Below, piece by piece: positions 60,626-64,000 of a stretch of DNA of 64,000 bases. The first letter of the stretch is position 1, and every line of letters starts with the position of its first letter. Both the position numbers and the translations under genes were made by a program. Source of the DNA: an uncultured virus (IMG/VR IMGVR_UViG_3300034091_000306) (lineage: Duplodnaviria; Heunggongvirae; Uroviricota; Caudoviricetes); IMG/VR virus record IMGVR_UViG_3300034091_000306; one strand, written 5' to 3'. The notes beneath the pieces were generated by a model that worked only from the letters and a program-made list of their open reading frames with translations, had not been told where the DNA came from and did no database searches.

Positions 60626-60742
60626 GGGGAGCGCTGTTAGCGGTGCAGCGCTCCCCCGTCCAAGGCGATCCGTTAGACACGGCTTCGCCGTTTAGTCCCC
60701 CCTTCGCGGCGGGGCTCTGCGGTCTAGCGGATCGCCTTGGGC
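60626..60742 (+). other. intergenic double stem-loop element B
   Basis: GGGGAGCGCTG/CAGCGCTCCCC then GTCCAAGGCGATCCGTTAGAC/GTCTAGCGGATCGCCTTGGGC. Confidence 0.75.
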
Positions 60743-60775
60743 GATTACACACGCACAACGTGGAAGGGGACTACC

Positions 60776-61381
60776 ATGTCACAAGCAATCATCGAAAAGG
60801 TCAAAAAGCTACGCCAGCTTGCGCAAAGCTCCAACGCGAATGAGGCGGCAAATGCCGCGGCGGCGGCGGAGCGTCTCATACAGGAGCACCGGATCGCGGA
60901 GGCGGAGCTGGAGAGCGAAACCGAAGAGAGCGTCACGCCGATCACGGACTACCTAGTCGAGCCTGGTACAAGCGCCATTTCTTGGCGCGCTCAACTCATC
61001 TCGGCGCTTTGCAAAGGCTACTCGTGCGCCGTATGGCAATCGAGCAAGCGCGTCGAAGGGACCTACCGCACGAAACTCGCGTGGGGCGTCGTCGGCGCGC
61101 CGGATGACGTCGCGACCGTCAAGTATCAATACGCCTTTTTGACGATCGAGATCATCCGCCTTGCGGCGGAGCACCCTATCAAGTTGAAGGGTAAGCGCGA
61201 ATTCAACGGCGCGGGGCCTGGTACCGTTGTCGCCCACGTCGCGAGCGTCGCGGAGTACCTAGCGCTCGCCTGCGATAGGGATGGATGCCGGGATCCGGCG
61301 CTTCGCTTGTGGACGGGTACAAGCCCCGTCGGCGAGCGCGTGCGGATGAAAGACTATAGCGAGCGCGAGGTGCAATCGTGA
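60776..61381 (+). CDS. DUF2786 domain protein
   Basis: IIEKVKKLRQLAQSSNANEAANAAAAAERLIQEHRI. Confidence 0.8.
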   Translation: MSQAIIEKVKKLRQLAQSSNANEAANAAAAAERLIQEHRIAEAELESETEESVTPITDYLVEPGTSAISWRAQLISALCKGYSCAVWQSSKRVEGTYRTKLAWGVVGAPDDVATVKYQYAFLTIEIIRLAAEHPIKLKGKREFNGAGPGTVVAHVASVAEYLALACDRDGCRDPALRLWTGTSPVGERVRMKDYSEREVQS

Positions 61382-61598
61382 GCAGCCTCGTAAAGGACGA
61401 GCTGAAATGCGGAGAGTGTGGAAAAGACACATTCAAGCTCTACACAATAGCGAATGAGAACGCGGGACGCCTCGGGGGCGGTCCACGATTCGAAGGCGAG
61501 ATCCGTGTAAAATGTGTGACTTGTGGGGAGGTCTCGAAAATCACGTCCGCGCGACCCGCAATCGAGACTGAGGGGACCCTCTGCGGAGGGTGGGGAAA

Positions 61599-62738
61599 AT
61601 GAGTCAACCGAAATGGGAATTCATCGCGAACCTCGGCGACGCGAATCCGATCGAGTACGGCGGTTATTTCCTCTACAAGGATTCAACCGGCGCCTACGAT
61701 TTCGAGGCGGAGCTGCTAGAGGAACCGGAAGACGCCGATTCCAAAAAAGCGAAGTGGACGGTTCGGCGCGTTTGCCTGGACCGCTGCAAGCTGCAACGGT
61801 CGGAGGACGGCGAGCGCATCTATCTCGTCTCCTACGCTTACGATCCTGCGACGTATCCGCACGCGCTTTCGCAGTATGCGGAATGGTTCGCGAAGGATCT
61901 TGACGGTGTCGCGAGCACGATCGGCTCGACTCGTGAGGAACTAGAGCACGCGCTTTGCGCCGAGGACGGCGGAGAACGTGCGTGGGCATATAGGGCAATC
62001 GCAGACACCTACGGATGGGACAATTTCGATTCGTATCCTCTCTTTCTCACGAAGGAAGAGGTCGAGGCGCGCTACACCGACGGCGAGCTAGGCGATAACT
62101 ACGCGCTCGATGACGCGGTTAGCCTGAAAAGCGAACACACACGCGAGGGGCGTTACGCTCTCCGCGCCGTGCATTGCCTGAACGCGGGTCAATACGGCGC
62201 CGACGCGAAGCCGGGCGACTTGATCCAATTCGCCTACCCGAGCAGTCCCGATCACGTGAACCTGGCGCGCGTGCTCGCTCGCGTGGACGCGCCAAGCGAG
62301 GGGCCTAACAGACGCCGCATGGGATGGCTCGCCGTCGTCGAGCTGAGTGTATCTCTCGGCTCCGCGTTCGTTCGATGGATCGATCCCGCGTGGGTGAAGT
62401 CGTGCGGCAAGATCCCGCAAGATATGCTCGCCTGGTTTTTCGCCGACAAGTTGCCGGGCCTTCCGGCGATTCTGAAGCTCGATTCGCTCGGGGCACTCTC
62501 CGATCACTACGTCGCGAAGTACAAGGGCTCATGCGAGCGGTGCATCTGTACGCATCAGCGCGCGCGTTGTAGCGAGTGCGGCGGATCCTTCACGGTGAGC
62601 GTGAAGAACGGTGTCGGAGTCACGGAGCACGACGGCGACACGATCGACGGAATCGATCACGAGAAAGACGCCGATCACACGGCGTACGAGGCGGACGGTA
62701 GCGGATGGCTGCGTCGTCATCCTGGGAGTGACGAATGA
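61599..62738 (+). CDS. hypothetical multidomain phage-type protein
   Basis: 379 aa ORF in the coupled early-like operon; LGDANPIEYGG N-terminal domain. Confidence 0.65.
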   Translation: MSQPKWEFIANLGDANPIEYGGYFLYKDSTGAYDFEAELLEEPEDADSKKAKWTVRRVCLDRCKLQRSEDGERIYLVSYAYDPATYPHALSQYAEWFAKDLDGVASTIGSTREELEHALCAEDGGERAWAYRAIADTYGWDNFDSYPLFLTKEEVEARYTDGELGDNYALDDAVSLKSEHTREGRYALRAVHCLNAGQYGADAKPGDLIQFAYPSSPDHVNLARVLARVDAPSEGPNRRRMGWLAVVELSVSLGSAFVRWIDPAWVKSCGKIPQDMLAWFFADKLPGLPAILKLDSLGALSDHYVAKYKGSCERCICTHQRARCSECGGSFTVSVKNGVGVTEHDGDTIDGIDHEKDADHTAYEADGSGWLRRHPGSDE

Positions 62739-63118
62739 GCGCCCTTCGCTACTCCGGCGAGGTTACGATTCGCGTCACGTGGATCGACACTCCCGGGCGA
62801 AACAATCACGGGGGGCACTACCGCTGCACTCTCTCGCGCACCATAAACAAGGGTACGCAATGGGAGAAGCGCGTTAGCACCACGCAATACGTAGGAGCGC
62901 CGGCCTTCCTAGAGCGTGGCGTCGGGATCGACTCTAGCGAAGCCTTCGATGACACGGCACATGCCGCGCTCTCCTTCGCTAGCAACGAAGAGACCGCCGA
63001 GGATGACGATCCGAACGGATGGGCGGAGCACGCCGCATACAAGGCGGACGGTAGCGGATGGCTGATTGCTAGGGCGCCTGCGAAGCGCTGGGGGAAGGAA
63101 GAGGCGACGACGTCATGA
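62735..63118 (+). CDS. hypothetical protein
   Basis: ATGA-coupled; shares AYxADGSGWL with the previous gene. Confidence 0.6.
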   Translation: MSALRYSGEVTIRVTWIDTPGRNNHGGHYRCTLSRTINKGTQWEKRVSTTQYVGAPAFLERGVGIDSSEAFDDTAHAALSFASNEETAEDDDPNGWAEHAAYKADGSGWLIARAPAKRWGKEEATTS

Positions 63119-63405
63119 AAATCGATTCCGCGGCAGCGATCAAGCGAATCCCGCTCGGGACTCGCCTTTACCTGATTCGTTCGCTCAAGGGCCCGCAGGC
63201 GCCGAGCGCTCGCATCGTCAAGCAGGTACGAAGCGCCGACGTCATCGTCACAATCGACGATCCAACGAATAAGAATCACGGGCGCGACTCTTACATGGAT
63301 CTCCGTGGCGTCCGCGTCGAGCCGCGCGAGGACGGCTTCGCGCTCTACGAGAAAGAGGCTAACGAAGTCTGCGCGGAGTATCGGTTTCACGAGGTGGCGC
63401 CATGA
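63115..63405 (+). CDS. hypothetical protein
   Basis: ATGA-coupled 96 aa ORF. Confidence 0.55.
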   Translation: MKIDSAAAIKRIPLGTRLYLIRSLKGPQAPSARIVKQVRSADVIVTIDDPTNKNHGRDSYMDLRGVRVEPREDGFALYEKEANEVCAEYRFHEVAP

Positions 63406-64000
63406 CACGCAAGCTGCAAGATCCGCTCGACGCCTATCGCGTCTCGCGAACACCGAAGAACGCGATCAAACCGTGTCCTCATCCTGGCGTGTATCATCTA
63501 GGGAGTGACGGGCTAACTGTCGTTCGTCCTCATCCGCAGGCCGATTCGTGCTTCGCACGCGAGCAAGGCTACGTCATTCTGAAAATTGAAGCGTGGGCTC
63601 GCGAAGCTGGCCCGGCGATCGTCGCTGCGTTGAACGCTGCGGGCGTGAAGGTGGGACGATGAATACGTCAAAGCATGTGCCCGAGCTAAACATCGTGGAA
63701 TGGGAGAAAGCCGGGGACGGCTATCTCATCGTAACAATCAACGTGTGCGGCTGTCCGATGCACCTGGAAGCGCACGGCGTAGCGTGGCGCCACGACGACG
63801 GAACGATCACGTCGGATCGCCCGGACACCGGGTTACAGATCCCTTTCGGGGAAGATTCACAATTCGATGAGCTGAACCGCGCTTTCTCATGTGATGGCCC
63901 CCAGCAAACGGTCACGATCGACGGCAAGCTTTACGTCCTTTTCGCGAGCGCGCAGGGGGAATAATGAGACGCTTTCGCGTTACTTTGGAGTTAGAACTAG

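Noticed and set aside
1..64000. tRNA, rRNA, IS transposase, terminase/portal/tail, DNA polymerase, reverse transcriptase (DGR/retron)
   Set aside because: No recognisable motifs seen by eye; absence is not proven without HMM searches

Overview
A 64-kb, GC-rich, gene-dense stretch that reads as part of a virus or virus-like element of a bacterial host. No rRNA, tRNA, housekeeping operon, terminase, portal, tape-measure or DNA polymerase gene is recognisable by eye. About 0.4-41 kb is an almost unbroken + strand block. It holds a candidate capsid gene cluster, an Arg/Lys-rich core-like protein, an intein-interrupted transglutaminase-like Cys enzyme, LysM/PG-binding and B-lectin proteins, and ~20 membrane-anchored modular proteins punctuated by a recurring 'NP' motif. 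Several putative effector genes (three ART-fold) share an N-terminal 'FLRF..NP' leader. About 41-57 kb is accessory: a stand-alone Cas7-like RAMP gene abutting a ~490-bp non-CRISPR array of GG-NNN pentamers grouped by GTCG delimiters, a Cre-like tyrosine recombinase, a peroxiredoxin, RHH regulators and many small ORFs. 58-64 kb looks like an early/leading region (DUF932-like, DUF2786) with paired structured intergenic elements. A 26-27-bp motif, GACCGACGRGGYRCCCACAG(W)TGGGGG, occurs 13 times in both orientations, several times in frame inside genes. All protein family calls come from motif recognition by eye, not from database searches.
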